A stretch of 64,000 bases of DNA, from NCBI GenBank assembly GCA_008668235.1, contig RQCP01000013.1, forward strand, positions 60,463 to 124,462, given 5' to 3'. The position numbers were made by a program, and so were the translations under genes. This DNA is from Collinsella aerofaciens. GTDB taxonomy: Bacteria; Actinomycetota; Coriobacteriia; Coriobacteriales; Coriobacteriaceae. This document shows, piece after piece, positions 39,832-50,745 of this stretch (position 1 is its first letter; every line of letters begins with the position of its first letter). The notes beneath the pieces were generated by a model. It was not told where the DNA came from. It did not search any database and saw nothing but the letters and a program-made list of their open reading frames with translations.

Positions 39832-39858
39832 AAATCTAAGTCTCTATATATAAGATTT
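39832..39858. promoter_or_regulatory. Putative HspR operator upstream of clpB
   Basis: aaatctaagtctctatatataagattt, shared with dnaK upstream region. Confidence 0.65.
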
Positions 39859-39920
39859 TCTGAGTGATTGAGAGATAGGGAGCAGGCGCGCTCACCCGCT
39901 ACGGCCTCGTCCCCTTACTA

Positions 39921-40136
39921 TCTCAATCTGTAACATCTAGCGGCTGTTTATGGCTCCAGATGTTACAAATCAAGATGAAATGACCAGCGGCGCCCGTTTG
40001 TCTCAATCTGTAACATCTACTCGGCAAATTAGGGTCTAACTGTTACAAATCGAGACGAACGAAGACACCTGAATCGAAAATCTAAATCTGTAACACCAGG
40101 CCCACTTTTAGCGGCCAAGATGTTACAGATCGAGAC
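39921..40136. repeat. Three tandem 80-bp palindromic units (TCTYRATCTGTAACA...TGTTACARATCGAGA), block 1
   Basis: Left arms at 39921, 40001, 40081; right arms at 39961, 40041, 40121. Confidence 0.88.
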
Positions 40137-40145
40137 AGACCGAAA

Positions 40146-40180
40146 ACCACCACACAGAGGACAGGCACCGTTGTGGTGGT
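40146..40180. repeat. REP-like hairpin ACCACCACAAAGGGGACAGGCACCTTTGTGGTGGT family (also 40950-40984, 41818-41850, 42101-42130)
   Basis: Four related copies flanking the three small genes. Confidence 0.85.
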
Positions 40181-40188
40181 CGCGGTCT

Positions 40189-40902
40189 CTACTCCTTCGC
40201 CGAACCCGTGCTTCCCGATTCGGCGTTCCAGGACATCTCATCCTCGAACAACCATGTACGGGCAGACCCACTATCGCGTGCAGCCTGCGGGTCGGGCAAG
40301 CAGGTCTGTTCATAGGCATCCTGAATGCACTGACCCATAAAATCGTTGAGCTCGGTCTGGTTGCCCTCCATGACATAGGCGACATCGCCGTCCAAGATGT
40401 AGATACCCGGCCCCTCATTGCCCTCGTAGCCAGGATCGTACGAAACATCACATAACTTAGTGCCATTCGCGGTGTCCAACTCGATGGACGAGCGGCATCC
40501 GCCAACCATGTCGTTCGCTTTTGCCCGATAGGATGCATATCCATACCAGCGCTTAAAGGTTTTGCCCTTGAGCAGCTCGGACGCCCTGTCGATCAGACTA
40601 GAATCCGTGGTATAGCGCATAGCCCCAAGCTGAATAAGTGGATAATTACTAATGCCCAGCGCAGCCGGTTGCTCATCAAAATCAACGGTAATGGTCTCAG
40701 GCTTGTCGTCGCCGGTCAGAAGTTCGACAGATTGAGTCACAGGCTTGACCACCGGCTCCGTCACCGCAGCAGGTAGAAATGCCATACCGACAGCGCCCGC
40801 GCCAACCACAGCGATCGCAAGCGCCAAGACAATCAATCCAATACGGGCAAAACGGCTCACGGCAAAACACCCCACAATGCAAACCTTCGCCACCTGCACC
40901 AA
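40189..40902 (-). CDS. Membrane-anchored hypothetical protein (paralog of 42178-42828)
   Basis: N-terminal TM; ISNYP..LG..RYT and TCLPDPQ..SARTWLFEDEM shared with paralog; start may be GTG 40860. Confidence 0.75.
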   Translation of the reverse strand: MVQVAKVCIVGCFAVSRFARIGLIVLALAIAVVGAGAVGMAFLPAAVTEPVVKPVTQSVELLTGDDKPETITVDFDEQPAALGISNYPLIQLGAMRYTTDSSLIDRASELLKGKTFKRWYGYASYRAKANDMVGGCRSSIELDTANGTKLCDVSYDPGYEGNEGPGIYILDGDVAYVMEGNQTELNDFMGQCIQDAYEQTCLPDPQAARDSGSARTWLFEDEMSWNAESGSTGSAKE

Positions 40903-41094
40903 TGATACCGCCAGCTAACACTATTACCAAAAGAAGCCGCGCGCTCCTCACCACCACAAAGGGGACAGGCACCTTTGTGGCGGTTTTCGATGCTAACGGT
41001 CGACCATCTCGCGCCATGAGATTAAACTTGAATTGTTCTCTGAACATATCCATTTCTGCCTATCCTCAACAGATCTTTGTCTCGAGGAGCGCAT

Positions 41095-41763
41095 ATGAAG
41101 CCGTCTCATTCCACCGGTCGCAACGTCATCGCCATTCTCGCCATACCCATCGCGATGTTCTTCTTTATCGTCGTCACGCCCTTTTCCCTTGGTATCGCCT
41201 CGCCCTTCGATTTATGCGGAATGGTCGACGCTGGCTCGCGTGCCACCTCGCTCTCCTTTATCTGCCGCGGTGTTTTCTACGAAGATAGAATTCCCACCGG
41301 ACTTTGGCAGTCCAAGTTACCGTTGCTCGGCCAGGTCGACGGATGCTCTCCTTATTTCTGCCTTGACCCTCAGGCGCTAAACTATCTGATCGACGACCAG
41401 CCACTCGACTCCATCACCCTCGCCTACGACCACGCACCAAACACCGATGAGCGCCACATGAACCAAGTCCTCGACAAGCTGCTTGGACAGTGCGGGCTCA
41501 CCGCGGAAGCCGGTCGAACCATCTATAGCAACCGGAAATTAAAGCGAACAGAACTCCGCCGTGTCGGAAAAATCCAAGGGCGAAGCGGGGCTGCCTACTG
41601 GCAGGCCTGGGCGACACGCGACAAGAGCGAATTCGGGCACAGCACCTATACGGTCACTGTCTACACCAAAGACGGAATTAAGGACAATGTTGACGATTTC
41701 GCGTCGTCCAAACTCGGCATCCCCAAAACAACCAAACCCGCCACCCCAGATGAAATCCTGTAG
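41095..41763 (+). CDS. Membrane-anchored hypothetical protein
   Basis: GAGGAG RBS, N-terminal TM. Confidence 0.7.
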   Translation: MKPSHSTGRNVIAILAIPIAMFFFIVVTPFSLGIASPFDLCGMVDAGSRATSLSFICRGVFYEDRIPTGLWQSKLPLLGQVDGCSPYFCLDPQALNYLIDDQPLDSITLAYDHAPNTDERHMNQVLDKLLGQCGLTAEAGRTIYSNRKLKRTELRRVGKIQGRSGAAYWQAWATRDKSEFGHSTYTVTVYTKDGIKDNVDDFASSKLGIPKTTKPATPDEIL

Positions 41764-41874
41764 AGACATTCATTAAAATGCTGCCCAGCGATCACAATAA
41801 CATCGAGCCCGCCCCCCACCACCACAAAGGGGACAGGCACCTTTGTGGTGATTTTCGACTCCGGCGCTCATCTG

Positions 41875-42091
41875 TCTCGATCTGTAACATCTAGCGGCCG
41901 TTTTTAACCCCAGATGTTACAGATTGAGATGAAATGCTCAGCGGCGCCCGTTTATCTAAATCTGTAACAACTACTCGGCAAATAAGGGTCCACCTGTTAC
42001 AGATCGAGATAAACAGAAGACACCCGAATCGATAATCTAAATCTGCAACACCAAGCCCACTTTTAACGGCCCAGATGTTACAGATCGAGAC
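41875..42091. repeat. Three tandem ~80-bp palindromic units, block 2
   Basis: Left arms at 41875, 41955, 42036; homologous unit-by-unit to block 1. Confidence 0.88.
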
Positions 42092-42177
42092 AGACTGAAA
42101 ACCACCGCAAAGGGGCACCTTTGTGGTGGTCGCGTTCTCTACTCTTTTGCCGAGCCCGTGCTTCCCGATTCGGCGGT

Positions 42178-42828
42178 CTAGGGCATCTCATCCTCGAATA
42201 GCCATGTACGAGCAGATCCACCATCGCGTGCAGTCTGCGGGTCGGGCAGGCAGGTCTGGTCGTACGCGTCCATCACGCAACGATCCAAAAAATCGATCAC
42301 CTGCTGCTGGTCGCCTTCAAGAATGTAGGTCACGCCGCCATCTTGGATATAGACGCCGTCCCCACCTCCGGCTTTTGCGTATTCCGGATTGTAGTTAACG
42401 GTGCGCATCAGTTTGCCATCAGATGAATACAACTTCAGCGTTGTATAGTAGCCACCGTTCACAGAACCACGTCGGCGCTCATAGGCATCCCAACCGTCCC
42501 AGCGTTTGAACGAACGCCCGTTTAGCAAGTCCAGCGCCTGTCGGGACAACTTCTCGTCCTTGGTATAGCGAGACGAGCCAAGTTCAATCATGGGGTAGTT
42601 GCTTATGCTTAGAATGCCCGGCGTTTCCTCGATATCGAGCGTTATCTCATCGGGCTTTGTAACGTCCGAAATCATTTGCCCGGGCATCGATGCAACAAGG
42701 GACGCCATCTCAACCGTCTGCTCAACCCCACTCGGCCCATAGAAGATAAGCGAGCCAAATAGGACCACGCCCGCAGCAGCGACGACGCAAGCCACCAACA
42801 GCAACAAAACAGAAGTGCAACGCTTCAT
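42178..42828 (-). CDS. Membrane-anchored hypothetical protein (paralog of 40189-40902), 13 codons shorter through a TGG>TAG change
   Basis: GGAG RBS; homologous tail TAESGSTGSAKE* continues in frame to 42139 after the stop. Confidence 0.75.
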   Translation of the reverse strand: MKRCTSVLLLLVACVVAAAGVVLFGSLIFYGPSGVEQTVEMASLVASMPGQMISDVTKPDEITLDIEETPGILSISNYPMIELGSSRYTKDEKLSRQALDLLNGRSFKRWDGWDAYERRRGSVNGGYYTTLKLYSSDGKLMRTVNYNPEYAKAGGGDGVYIQDGGVTYILEGDQQQVIDFLDRCVMDAYDQTCLPDPQTARDGGSARTWLFEDEMP

Positions 42829-43077
42829 CTTCAACTCCACAAACGAGAGTGTTTTGAGCTCACTTTAAAGCGCCAACTTCATACTGTCAATTCTAGATAG
42901 CATATGAACAAAGGCGCACTCCCCCATAGAGGAGAGTTGCAACCTCGATTTTAGCGCCCTCAAGACCCAACGAGCAGCACTTAACAAGTAGCCCCGGTTA
43001 TACCTTTCTCTGACGCGACCCTCGCGAAGCGCGTGAGCGGCAGGGAAAGGTATAGCCGGGGCGGACAAGTATGTGCG

Positions 43078-45378
43078 TTACTCGGCAGCGGCCTTGAACT
43101 TGTTGTAGTTGATCAGGCAGCCGGCCTTGACGATGGCGCGCTCCTCTACCGTCATATCGGCGATGTAGAGCTCAATCTGCTCGGCCGTGCCGTCGGCGCG
43201 CACAACGTAGGCAGCGATGTTCTTTAGATCGCCATCGAGTGCGGCACGGATACCCGGCACAAAGACGTAGTCGCCCACCTCAAAGTTGGGCTCGGCCTCC
43301 ATCTGGAAGGGCACCATGCCCCAGTTCATCACGTTGGAGCGATAACGCTTGGTGGCGTATTCGTGGACGATGTTGGCCAGACCGCCGATCACGCGCTGAC
43401 AGCTCGCGGCTTGCTCGCGGGCGGAACCGTCACCGGGCTTCTTGGCATAGAGCATGGAGCCGTACTCGGTCGCCTTGGCATCTGCCGCGACACCCGCGCC
43501 GGCCAGCGCCTCAAACACGCCCGCGAGCTCGGCATCGAGCACCGCCAGGTCGCCCGCGGCCTCGCCAGCCACGCGGCGCTTCTCCACGGCGTCGACCTCC
43601 TTGGAGCGGCCCACGTAGGCAGGGTCGCGGCGGCTCAGCGTAAACTCGGCCAGGCCCAGCGGGTTGGAGCGGAAGGAGCTCGTCTCGCCCGAGGGAATGA
43701 GCTCGTCAGTCGTGGTGACCGGGTCCATAATCTTGGAGCACACCTTGAGCAGGATATCGTCGCCGAGCGGCTCCATCGCGGGCCACGGCTTGATGTTGGG
43801 ACCCTCGACCAGCTCGTCGGCAGGCTCCGCCTTGCCAAAGCCCCAGTACACGCGCTTCTTGTACGGCGCATCGTCAAAGGTGTACTCGCAGGCCTCGTCC
43901 CAAGTCTCCTCGGGCAGGTCGGTCGCCGGCGTCAGGACGCCGCCGTTGGCAGCCGTCGCCGCAATGGAACGGGCGTCCATCAGGGCCACGGCGCTCAGCT
44001 GGCCATTACCCGGCTTGGAACCCTCGCGGTTGGGGAAATTGCGCGTGGTGTGGCGGATGGACAGGCCGTTGTTGGCAGGCGTGTCGCCGGCACCGAAGCA
44101 CGGGCCGCAGAATGCCGTGCGAACGATCGCACCGGCCTCCATAAGGTCGTAGATGTAGCCGCGGCGTGTAAGTTCGAGTGCCACGGGCTGGCTTGTGGGA
44201 TAGACCGACAGCGAGAACTCGCCGCAGCCGGTGTTGGCGCCCTTGAGCACGCGGGCAGCCTGGACCACGGAGTCGTAGTTGCCGCCCGAGCAGCCGGCGA
44301 TAACGCCCTGCTGCACATGCAGCTTGCCGTCGACGATCTTGTCGAGCAGGCTAAAGTGCGTCTTGCCCTCGCCGATCTTGGCGGCCTCGAGCTCCACCTC
44401 ATGCAGGATGTCCTCGAGGTTCTCGTTGAGCTCGTCGATCTCAAAGCCGTTAGAAGGATGGAACGGCAGCGCGATCATGGGCTTGATGCTCGACAGATCG
44501 ACTTCGACGCAGCCGTCGTAGTAGGCAACATCGGCGGGCTTGAGCTCGCGGTAGTCCTCGCCGCGGCCGTGCATGGTCAAAAACGCGTGCGTGTCCTCGT
44601 CGGTGGCCCAGATGCTCGACAGGCAGGTGGTCTCGGTGGTCATGACATCGACGCCGTTGCGGTAATCGGTCGTCATGTTCGCGATGCCCGGGCCCACAAA
44701 CTCCATGACCTTGTTCTTAACGTAACCCTTGGCAAAGACAGCGCGGATGATGGCGAGCGCCACATCGTGCGGGCCGACGCCGGGGCGCGGGGCACCCGTG
44801 AGGTAGATGGCCACGACGCCGGGATAGGCGACATCGTAGGTGTCGCGCAGCAGCTGCTTTGCCAGCTCGCCGCCGCCCTCACCCACGGCCATGGTGCCCA
44901 GGGCGCCGTAGCGGGTGTGCGAGTCGGAGCCCAAGATCATCTTGCCGCAACCGGCGAAGTTCTCACGCATAAAGGAGTGGATGACGGCGATGTGCGGCGG
45001 AACGAAGATGCCGCCGTACTTCTTGGCAGCCGAGAGGCCAAAGACATGGTCGTCCTCGTTGATGGTACCTCCCACGGCGCACAGCGAGTTATGGCAGTTG
45101 GTGAGCACGTAGGGCAGCGGGAACTGCTCCATGCCCGAGGCACGCGCCGTCTGGATAATGCCGACAAAGGTGATGTCGTGGCTCGCCATGGCGTCGAAGC
45201 GAATCTTGAGCGCCTCGGGGTCGCCGGACGTATTGTGTGCCTGAAGGATCGAATACGCGATGGTGCCGCGCTTGGCATCCTCGGGTGTCTGCGTAATGCC
45301 GCGCTCAGCGGCCTCGGCCTCAGGCACAACCTCGCTGCCGTTACGCAGGTAGATGCCGTCCTCGTACAGCTTGACCAT
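43078..45378 (-). CDS. Aconitase-family hydratase (YbhJ-like)
   Basis: [46 protein letters not shown]. Confidence 0.9.
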   Translation of the reverse strand: MVKLYEDGIYLRNGSEVVPEAEAAERGITQTPEDAKRGTIAYSILQAHNTSGDPEALKIRFDAMASHDITFVGIIQTARASGMEQFPLPYVLTNCHNSLCAVGGTINEDDHVFGLSAAKKYGGIFVPPHIAVIHSFMRENFAGCGKMILGSDSHTRYGALGTMAVGEGGGELAKQLLRDTYDVAYPGVVAIYLTGAPRPGVGPHDVALAIIRAVFAKGYVKNKVMEFVGPGIANMTTDYRNGVDVMTTETTCLSSIWATDEDTHAFLTMHGRGEDYRELKPADVAYYDGCVEVDLSSIKPMIALPFHPSNGFEIDELNENLEDILHEVELEAAKIGEGKTHFSLLDKIVDGKLHVQQGVIAGCSGGNYDSVVQAARVLKGANTGCGEFSLSVYPTSQPVALELTRRGYIYDLMEAGAIVRTAFCGPCFGAGDTPANNGLSIRHTTRNFPNREGSKPGNGQLSAVALMDARSIAATAANGGVLTPATDLPEETWDEACEYTFDDAPYKKRVYWGFGKAEPADELVEGPNIKPWPAMEPLGDDILLKVCSKIMDPVTTTDELIPSGETSSFRSNPLGLAEFTLSRRDPAYVGRSKEVDAVEKRRVAGEAAGDLAVLDAELAGVFEALAGAGVAADAKATEYGSMLYAKKPGDGSAREQAASCQRVIGGLANIVHEYATKRYRSNVMNWGMVPFQMEAEPNFEVGDYVFVPGIRAALDGDLKNIAAYVVRADGTAEQIELYIADMTVEERAIVKAGCLINYNKFKAAAE

Positions 45379-45704
45379 ACTGTCTCCCACTCTGCCCAAA
45401 AGATTTGGGCGCATAGCATACATTCGTTCAATATCGTGCCATAGAACGGTTGCGAGCGGGTTACGAATCTACACGTTCACTTTATCTCGGTAAAGCACAG
45501 GACGTCCCCGGTGTGGGCCGGCAGATTTGGTGCAAGAGTGTCCCTTTCGACTAGTCGTTTAAGAACGTCCCCAATGACTACACCAGAGCGAGCAAGGCAA
45601 CGCCGCAGGTAGAGGACGGACAGCGAGCGGGCCGTATTTCCAAAGTGAGGAACGTCCCCAAGTGCCGCATCCGGGCCATGGCAACGCCGATATTTTGGCG
45701 CGGA

Positions 45705-45819
45705 CAGCGAAAGCCCGCCAGAGCGAGCAAGGTGACGTGAAAGAGGAGGGAAGCGTACTTCGGTACGCGACCGACGATTGAACGTCAGATTGCCGCTCTG
45801 GCGGGCTTGCAGCGTCGGC
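45705..45819. repeat. 115-bp structured dispersed repeat, copy 1
   Basis: Homologous to 51056-51170 with compensatory stem changes. Confidence 0.8.
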
Positions 45820-45848
45820 CCGTTACGCGGGTTGGTAAACCCGCGTAA

Positions 45849-46265
45849 CTACAAATCCCCGCCGGCGCCCAAAAGCTTGCGCATGACTTGCTCGGGGTTG
45901 ACTGAGCCGTCGCGCGGGGCCAGGGCGGTAATCTTCTTCTGCATCTTGTACTCGTGCAGTTCGTCCTCGAGCTGGCGCACGCGGGCACGGAGTTTTTCGT
46001 TCTCGCGCTCGCGCTCCTCGGCACGCTCCTTCATATCGAGGATGCGCACCACGCCGGCAAGGTTGATGCCTTCATCGGTCAGCTGGTTGATGAGCTCCAG
46101 ACGCTCGATATCGGCACGCGAATACAAACGCGTGTTGCCGCCCGAGCGCTGGGGGTTCACCAGGCCCTTGGACTCGTAGACGCGCAGAGTCTGCGGGTGC
46201 ATGCCGGTCAACTCGGCCGCCACGCTGATCATGTACAGCGGTTTGTTCCTATTGTCCTCGGCCAT
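45849..46265 (-). CDS. hspR: Heat-shock repressor HspR (MerR family)
   Basis: YMISVAAELTGMHPQTLRVYE..PQRSGGNTRLYS; last gene of dnaK operon. Confidence 0.93.
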   Translation of the reverse strand: MAEDNRNKPLYMISVAAELTGMHPQTLRVYESKGLVNPQRSGGNTRLYSRADIERLELINQLTDEGINLAGVVRILDMKERAEERERENEKLRARVRQLEDELHEYKMQKKITALAPRDGSVNPEQVMRKLLGAGGDL

Positions 46266-46337
46266 ACTACCTGACCCCTTTCCGTCTCGTTATCGTCCAT
46301 CATAAGCCCGCGGGCGTGGGCGTGTGCCGCGACCGCC

Positions 46338-47303
46338 CTAGTACGTCGCCTTGTAACGGTTGACCTTCTCGCGATAGTCGCGCGTGTCGGCCTCGCGCAG
46401 CTTGGTCATGGCATCGCGCTCGTCATCGGACAGGTTCGTGGGAACCTGCACCTTGATCTCGACGAGCAGCGCACCGGTGCGGCCACGGTGCTTGACGTCG
46501 GGCGCGCCCATTTCCTTAAAGCGGAACTTCTTGCCCGTCTGGGTACCCGCGGGCACCTTCAGACGAACCGTCGCGCCGCCGGGCGTGGGCACGTCCACCG
46601 TGCAGCCGAGCGCCGCCTCATAGACCGAGACCGGCACCTCCATGGTTACGTCGGCGCCTTTGCGCTTAAACAGCGGGTGCTCCTCCACATGCGTGGTCAC
46701 GACCAGGTCGCCGCGCTCGCCTCCGGCAACGCCGTACTCGCCGCGACGTTTGTAACGCAGCTTGCCTCCGTCGACCGCGCCCGCAGGCACCGAGACCGTA
46801 ATGGTCTGCTGCTCGCCCGTCGAGGGAATGCGGTAGGTAACCTTGTGCGTCACGCCGCGAAACGCGTCCTCGGCCGTTACGTCGACAGTCAGCGACAGGT
46901 CGCCGCCCTTGCGAGCACGGCTGCGGCCAGCGCCGGCACCGGCAGCGCCCGCAGCCCCGGCAAAGCCCGAGCCCCAATCACTGCCCCAGGCGCCGTTGCC
47001 GCTAAAGATGCTGTCGAAGATGTCGCCCCAGCCGCTGGCACCCGCGCCGGCACCGTAGCCGCCGCCATACGCGCCGCCCGCGCCCGGCATACCGCCAAAC
47101 ATGAGCATCTGGTCGTACTCTTTGCGCTTCTTCTCGTCCGAAAGCGTCTCATAGGCCTCGCTGATCTCCTTAAACTTGGCCTCGTCGCCGCCGGCATCGG
47201 GGTGATATTTTTGCGCGAGCTTGCGAAACGCGCTCTTGATCTCTTTGTCGGAGGCGCTCTTGGATACGCCCAGGATGTCATAGAAGGTTTTGCCTGCAGC
47301 CAT
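46338..47303 (-). CDS. dnaJ: DnaJ-class co-chaperone (J domain, G/F region, no Zn finger; CbpA-like)
   Basis: YHPD, G-rich linker, C-terminal DnaJ_C region. Confidence 0.9.
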   Translation of the reverse strand: MAAGKTFYDILGVSKSASDKEIKSAFRKLAQKYHPDAGGDEAKFKEISEAYETLSDEKKRKEYDQMLMFGGMPGAGGAYGGGYGAGAGASGWGDIFDSIFSGNGAWGSDWGSGFAGAAGAAGAGAGRSRARKGGDLSLTVDVTAEDAFRGVTHKVTYRIPSTGEQQTITVSVPAGAVDGGKLRYKRRGEYGVAGGERGDLVVTTHVEEHPLFKRKGADVTMEVPVSVYEAALGCTVDVPTPGGATVRLKVPAGTQTGKKFRFKEMGAPDVKHRGRTGALLVEIKVQVPTNLSDDERDAMTKLREADTRDYREKVNRYKATY

Positions 47304-47373
47304 CGTAGCTCCTCTCCTGTTACGTCCGCCGTCACTGCTGACGACGGCTCATGCTTTCATATGGCACTAGGCC

Positions 47374-47408
47374 AGAAAGGGCCCCGGGTGTTGCCCCGGG
47401 GCCCTTCT
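47374..47408 (-). terminator. Hairpin between grpE and dnaJ
   Basis: aagggccccggg-tgttgc-cccggggccctt. Confidence 0.55.
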
Positions 47409-47411
47409 CAA

Positions 47412-48254
47412 TTACTCCTCGGTGCCCTCGGCCGTATCGGCCGCGGCATCCTCGGGCGCCGCTTCGGGCTCCGGTGCGGGGCGCTTCTCGCCACCGTAGG
47501 TCACCGTCACCATCGCGGAGCGCAGGATGCGGTCCGCCATGCGGTAGCCCTTCTGGTACACGTCGTTGACGGTCTCGTCGTACTGCGATGCGTCCTCGAC
47601 ACGCCCTACGGCCTGGTGCTCGAGCGGATCGAACGCCTCGCCCTTGGGGTCGATGGGCTCAACGCCCTCGTGCGCAAACACATCGAGCAGCTTGGCATGC
47701 ACCGCGTCAACGCCATCGACGAACTGCTTAAAATCGTCGGAAAGCTCCTGGCTGCGGGCATGGTCGATTGCACGCTCGATATCGTCAACCACCGGCAGCA
47801 GCGCGGTGACAAGCTTCTCGGTCGCGCGCTCGCGCTCGGCGATGCGCTCGTTAGCGGTGCGACGACGGAAGTTCTCCCAGTCGGCCTGTAGACGGGCGGT
47901 GCGCTCGGTGGCGTCCTTTGCCTTGTCCTCGGCGGCCTTCTGAGCCTCTGCCGCAGCATCGAGCTCACAGCGCACGTCGGCAAGCTCCTTTTGGGCCTGC
48001 TCGAACTTGAGCTTAAAGTCGTTGTCGGCGGCTTCCTCACCGGCGCGGATAGCGGCTTCCACCATCTCGTCCTCGGTCATCGTCGCCTCCTTGTTGGAAT
48101 CCTCTACCTGGTTCTCGGCAGCCTCGGCGGCCTCGGCCTCGTTGGCCTCAGTATCGTCGACGGCCTCTACGGGAATCTTCACGTCCTTCTCCTCAGAGTC
48201 AACGGGGGCGGCGCCAGCGGCAGCCGCCTCCGTGCGAGCTTTACGGGCGGACAT
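47412..48254 (-). CDS. grpE: Nucleotide exchange factor GrpE
   Basis: RLQADWENFRRR, FDPLEHQAV, YQKGY..RILRSAMV. Confidence 0.95.
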   Translation of the reverse strand: MSARKARTEAAAAGAAPVDSEEKDVKIPVEAVDDTEANEAEAAEAAENQVEDSNKEATMTEDEMVEAAIRAGEEAADNDFKLKFEQAQKELADVRCELDAAAEAQKAAEDKAKDATERTARLQADWENFRRRTANERIAERERATEKLVTALLPVVDDIERAIDHARSQELSDDFKQFVDGVDAVHAKLLDVFAHEGVEPIDPKGEAFDPLEHQAVGRVEDASQYDETVNDVYQKGYRMADRILRSAMVTVTYGGEKRPAPEPEAAPEDAAADTAEGTEE

Positions 48255-48256
48255 GA

Positions 48257-50149
48257 TTACTTGTCCTCGTCGTCCACAACCTCGTAGTCGGCGTCGACAA
48301 CGTCATCGTCGGCAGGCTGGGCACCGGCGGCACCGTCGGTCTGCTGCTGAGCGTCGGCGTAGACAACCTGAGCCAGCTCGTAGGCCACGGACTGCAGGGA
48401 CTCACCAGCGGCCTTGATGGCCTCGACGTCAGAGCCCTCGAGCGCCTTCTTGGCGTCGGCGATAGCGGCCTCGGCCTTGGACTTCACGTCGGCGGAAACC
48501 TTGTCGCCCAGCTCGTTGAGGGTCTGCTCGGTGGAGTAGCAAAGGCTATCGGTCTGGTTGCGGACCTCGACCTCTTCCTTCTGCTTCTTGTCCTCCTCGG
48601 CATGAGCCTCGGCGTCCTTGACCATACGATCGACCTCGTCGTCGGACAGAGCGGTGGAGCCGGAGATAGTGATCTGCTGCTCCTTGCCGGTGCCCTTGTC
48701 CTTAGCGGAGACCTTGACGATACCGTTGGCGTCGATGTCGAAGGTGACCTCGATCTGCGGCACGCCACGGCGGGCAGCCGGGATACCGGTCAGCTGGAAC
48801 TTACCGAGCGACTTGTTGTCGCGGGCAAGCTCGCGCTCGCCCTGGAGCACGTTGATCTCGACGCTGGTCTGGTTGTCGGCAGCGGTGGAGTAGACCTCGG
48901 TCTTGGAGGTCGGGATCGTGGTGTTGCGGTCGATCATCTTGGTCATGATGCCGCCCATGGTCTCAACGCCCAGCGACAGCGGGGTAACGTCGAGCAGCAG
49001 GATGCCCTCGACGTCACCGGTGAGCACGCCGCCCTGGACGGCAGCGCCGTCGGCAACGACCTCGTCGGGGTTCACGGACATGTTGGGCTGCTTGCCGGTC
49101 ATGGTCTTGACCAGATCCTGGACAGCGGGCATACGGGTGGAGCCGCCGACGAGGATGACCTCGGTCAGATCGGAGAGCTTGAGCTTGGCGTCGCGCAGGG
49201 CGTTGGTGACAGGCTGCTTGCAACGCTCGAGCAGGTCGCGGGTGATCTTCTCGAACTCGGCGCGGGTCAGCGTGTAGTTGAGGTGCAGCGGGCCGGACTG
49301 GTTCATGGTAATGAACGGCAGGTTAATGGTGGACTGCTGCGCCGCGGAGAGCTCCTTCTTGGCGTTCTCTGCAGCCTCCTTCAGACGCTGCAGGGCCATG
49401 GGGTCCTGACGCAGATCGACGCCGTTCTCCTGCTGGAACTTGTCGGCCATCCAGTCGATGACGCGCTGATCCCAGTCGTCGCCGCCCAGGTGGTTGTCGC
49501 CCGAGGTGGACAGAACCTCAAACACGCCGTCGGCGAGGTCGAGGATGGAGACGTCGAAGGTGCCGCCGCCCAGGTCGAAGACCAGGATGCGCTGGTCGGT
49601 GCCCTGCTTGTCCAGACCATAGGCAAGAGCGGCAGCGGTCGGCTCGTTGACGATACGCTTGACGTTGAGGCCGGCGATCTTGCCGGCGTCCTTGGTGGCC
49701 TGACGCTGAGCGTCGTTGAAGTAGGCCGGGACGGTGATGACGGCGTCGGTGACGGTCTCGCCCAGATACTTCTCGGCGTCGGCCTTCATCTTTGCGAGCG
49801 TCATGGCGCTCACCTGCTCGGCGGTGTAATCCTTGCCCTCGATGTCGACGACGGCACGGCCACCCTGGCCCTCCTTGACCTCATACGGCACGGTCTTGAT
49901 CTCGGAGGTGCACTCGGAGTACTTGCGGCCCATGAAGCGCTTGATGGAGAACACGGTGTTCTTGGGGTTGGTGACAGCCTGGTTCTTAGCGGCCTTACCC
50001 ACGACACGGTCGCCGTCAGCACGGAAGCCAACAACGGACGGGGTGGTGCGGGCGCCCTCGGCGTTCACGATGATGGTCGGAGAACCGCCCTCGAGGACGG
50101 CCATAGCGGAGTTAGTAGTACCAAGGTCGATACCAAGAATCTTACTCAT
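48257..50149 (-). CDS. dnaK: Chaperone DnaK
   Basis: [35 protein letters not shown]. Confidence 0.98.
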   Translation of the reverse strand: MSKILGIDLGTTNSAMAVLEGGSPTIIVNAEGARTTPSVVGFRADGDRVVGKAAKNQAVTNPKNTVFSIKRFMGRKYSECTSEIKTVPYEVKEGQGGRAVVDIEGKDYTAEQVSAMTLAKMKADAEKYLGETVTDAVITVPAYFNDAQRQATKDAGKIAGLNVKRIVNEPTAAALAYGLDKQGTDQRILVFDLGGGTFDVSILDLADGVFEVLSTSGDNHLGGDDWDQRVIDWMADKFQQENGVDLRQDPMALQRLKEAAENAKKELSAAQQSTINLPFITMNQSGPLHLNYTLTRAEFEKITRDLLERCKQPVTNALRDAKLKLSDLTEVILVGGSTRMPAVQDLVKTMTGKQPNMSVNPDEVVADGAAVQGGVLTGDVEGILLLDVTPLSLGVETMGGIMTKMIDRNTTIPTSKTEVYSTAADNQTSVEINVLQGERELARDNKSLGKFQLTGIPAARRGVPQIEVTFDIDANGIVKVSAKDKGTGKEQQITISGSTALSDDEVDRMVKDAEAHAEEDKKQKEEVEVRNQTDSLCYSTEQTLNELGDKVSADVKSKAEAAIADAKKALEGSDVEAIKAAGESLQSVAYELAQVVYADAQQQTDGAAGAQPADDDVVDADYEVVDDEDK

Positions 50150-50258
50150 TAGAAATTCCCTCTCTCTTGTGCGTTCGCGCCGACTCGGCGGTCTGCCGCG
50201 CGGCGCTTCGGCTTGTCTTTCAGGATGTAGTGTATCCCCTTATGGGCCGGAATATACA

Positions 50259-50285
50259 AAATCTAAGTCAATTCATATAAGATTT
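50259..50285. promoter_or_regulatory. Putative HspR operator upstream of dnaK
   Basis: aaatctaagtcaattcatataagattt. Confidence 0.65.
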
Positions 50286-50745
50286 CTTATCTCTGAGAGT
50301 TTAGGTTCTCAAATGCGCAGGTAGATGCACTGTTTGAGTTCTCGGTAGATCTATTGAGATCTATGTAGAGTTGACTGAGGTTTGCGTCCGGGGGTGCCTG
50401 GGGGCCGTCTTGCGGAAAGTTCATCCCGGTTTGAGCGTGGATTCCGGGTCGCAGTTTCCTCTAGCGGGCCCAGCCGGAAACTGCGACCCGGTTTTCGGCC
50501 AAATAACGGGATGCCCTTTCCGCAAGCACGCTCAATCGCCCTATACTTCAAGTCACCTATAGCTAACATTTGCGCAGCTCAACGGCCTCACCTGCATGTT
50601 TTTTAGTAAGCCGCGGCATACTCGGCGAACGGTATGAAGATGCCGGTCAGAGGGTATTGCAAACGGTCGCTCCCGTGGTATGTTTTTGCCCGAATCAAAC
50701 CGACGCACATCGCCTGTAGCGTCGGTCAACAGAGAGGAAACTACC

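Noticed and set aside
39921..42091. Possible CRISPR array
   Set aside because: Arms alternate in orientation, are only ~15 bp, spacers are conserved between the two blocks, and there are no cas genes.
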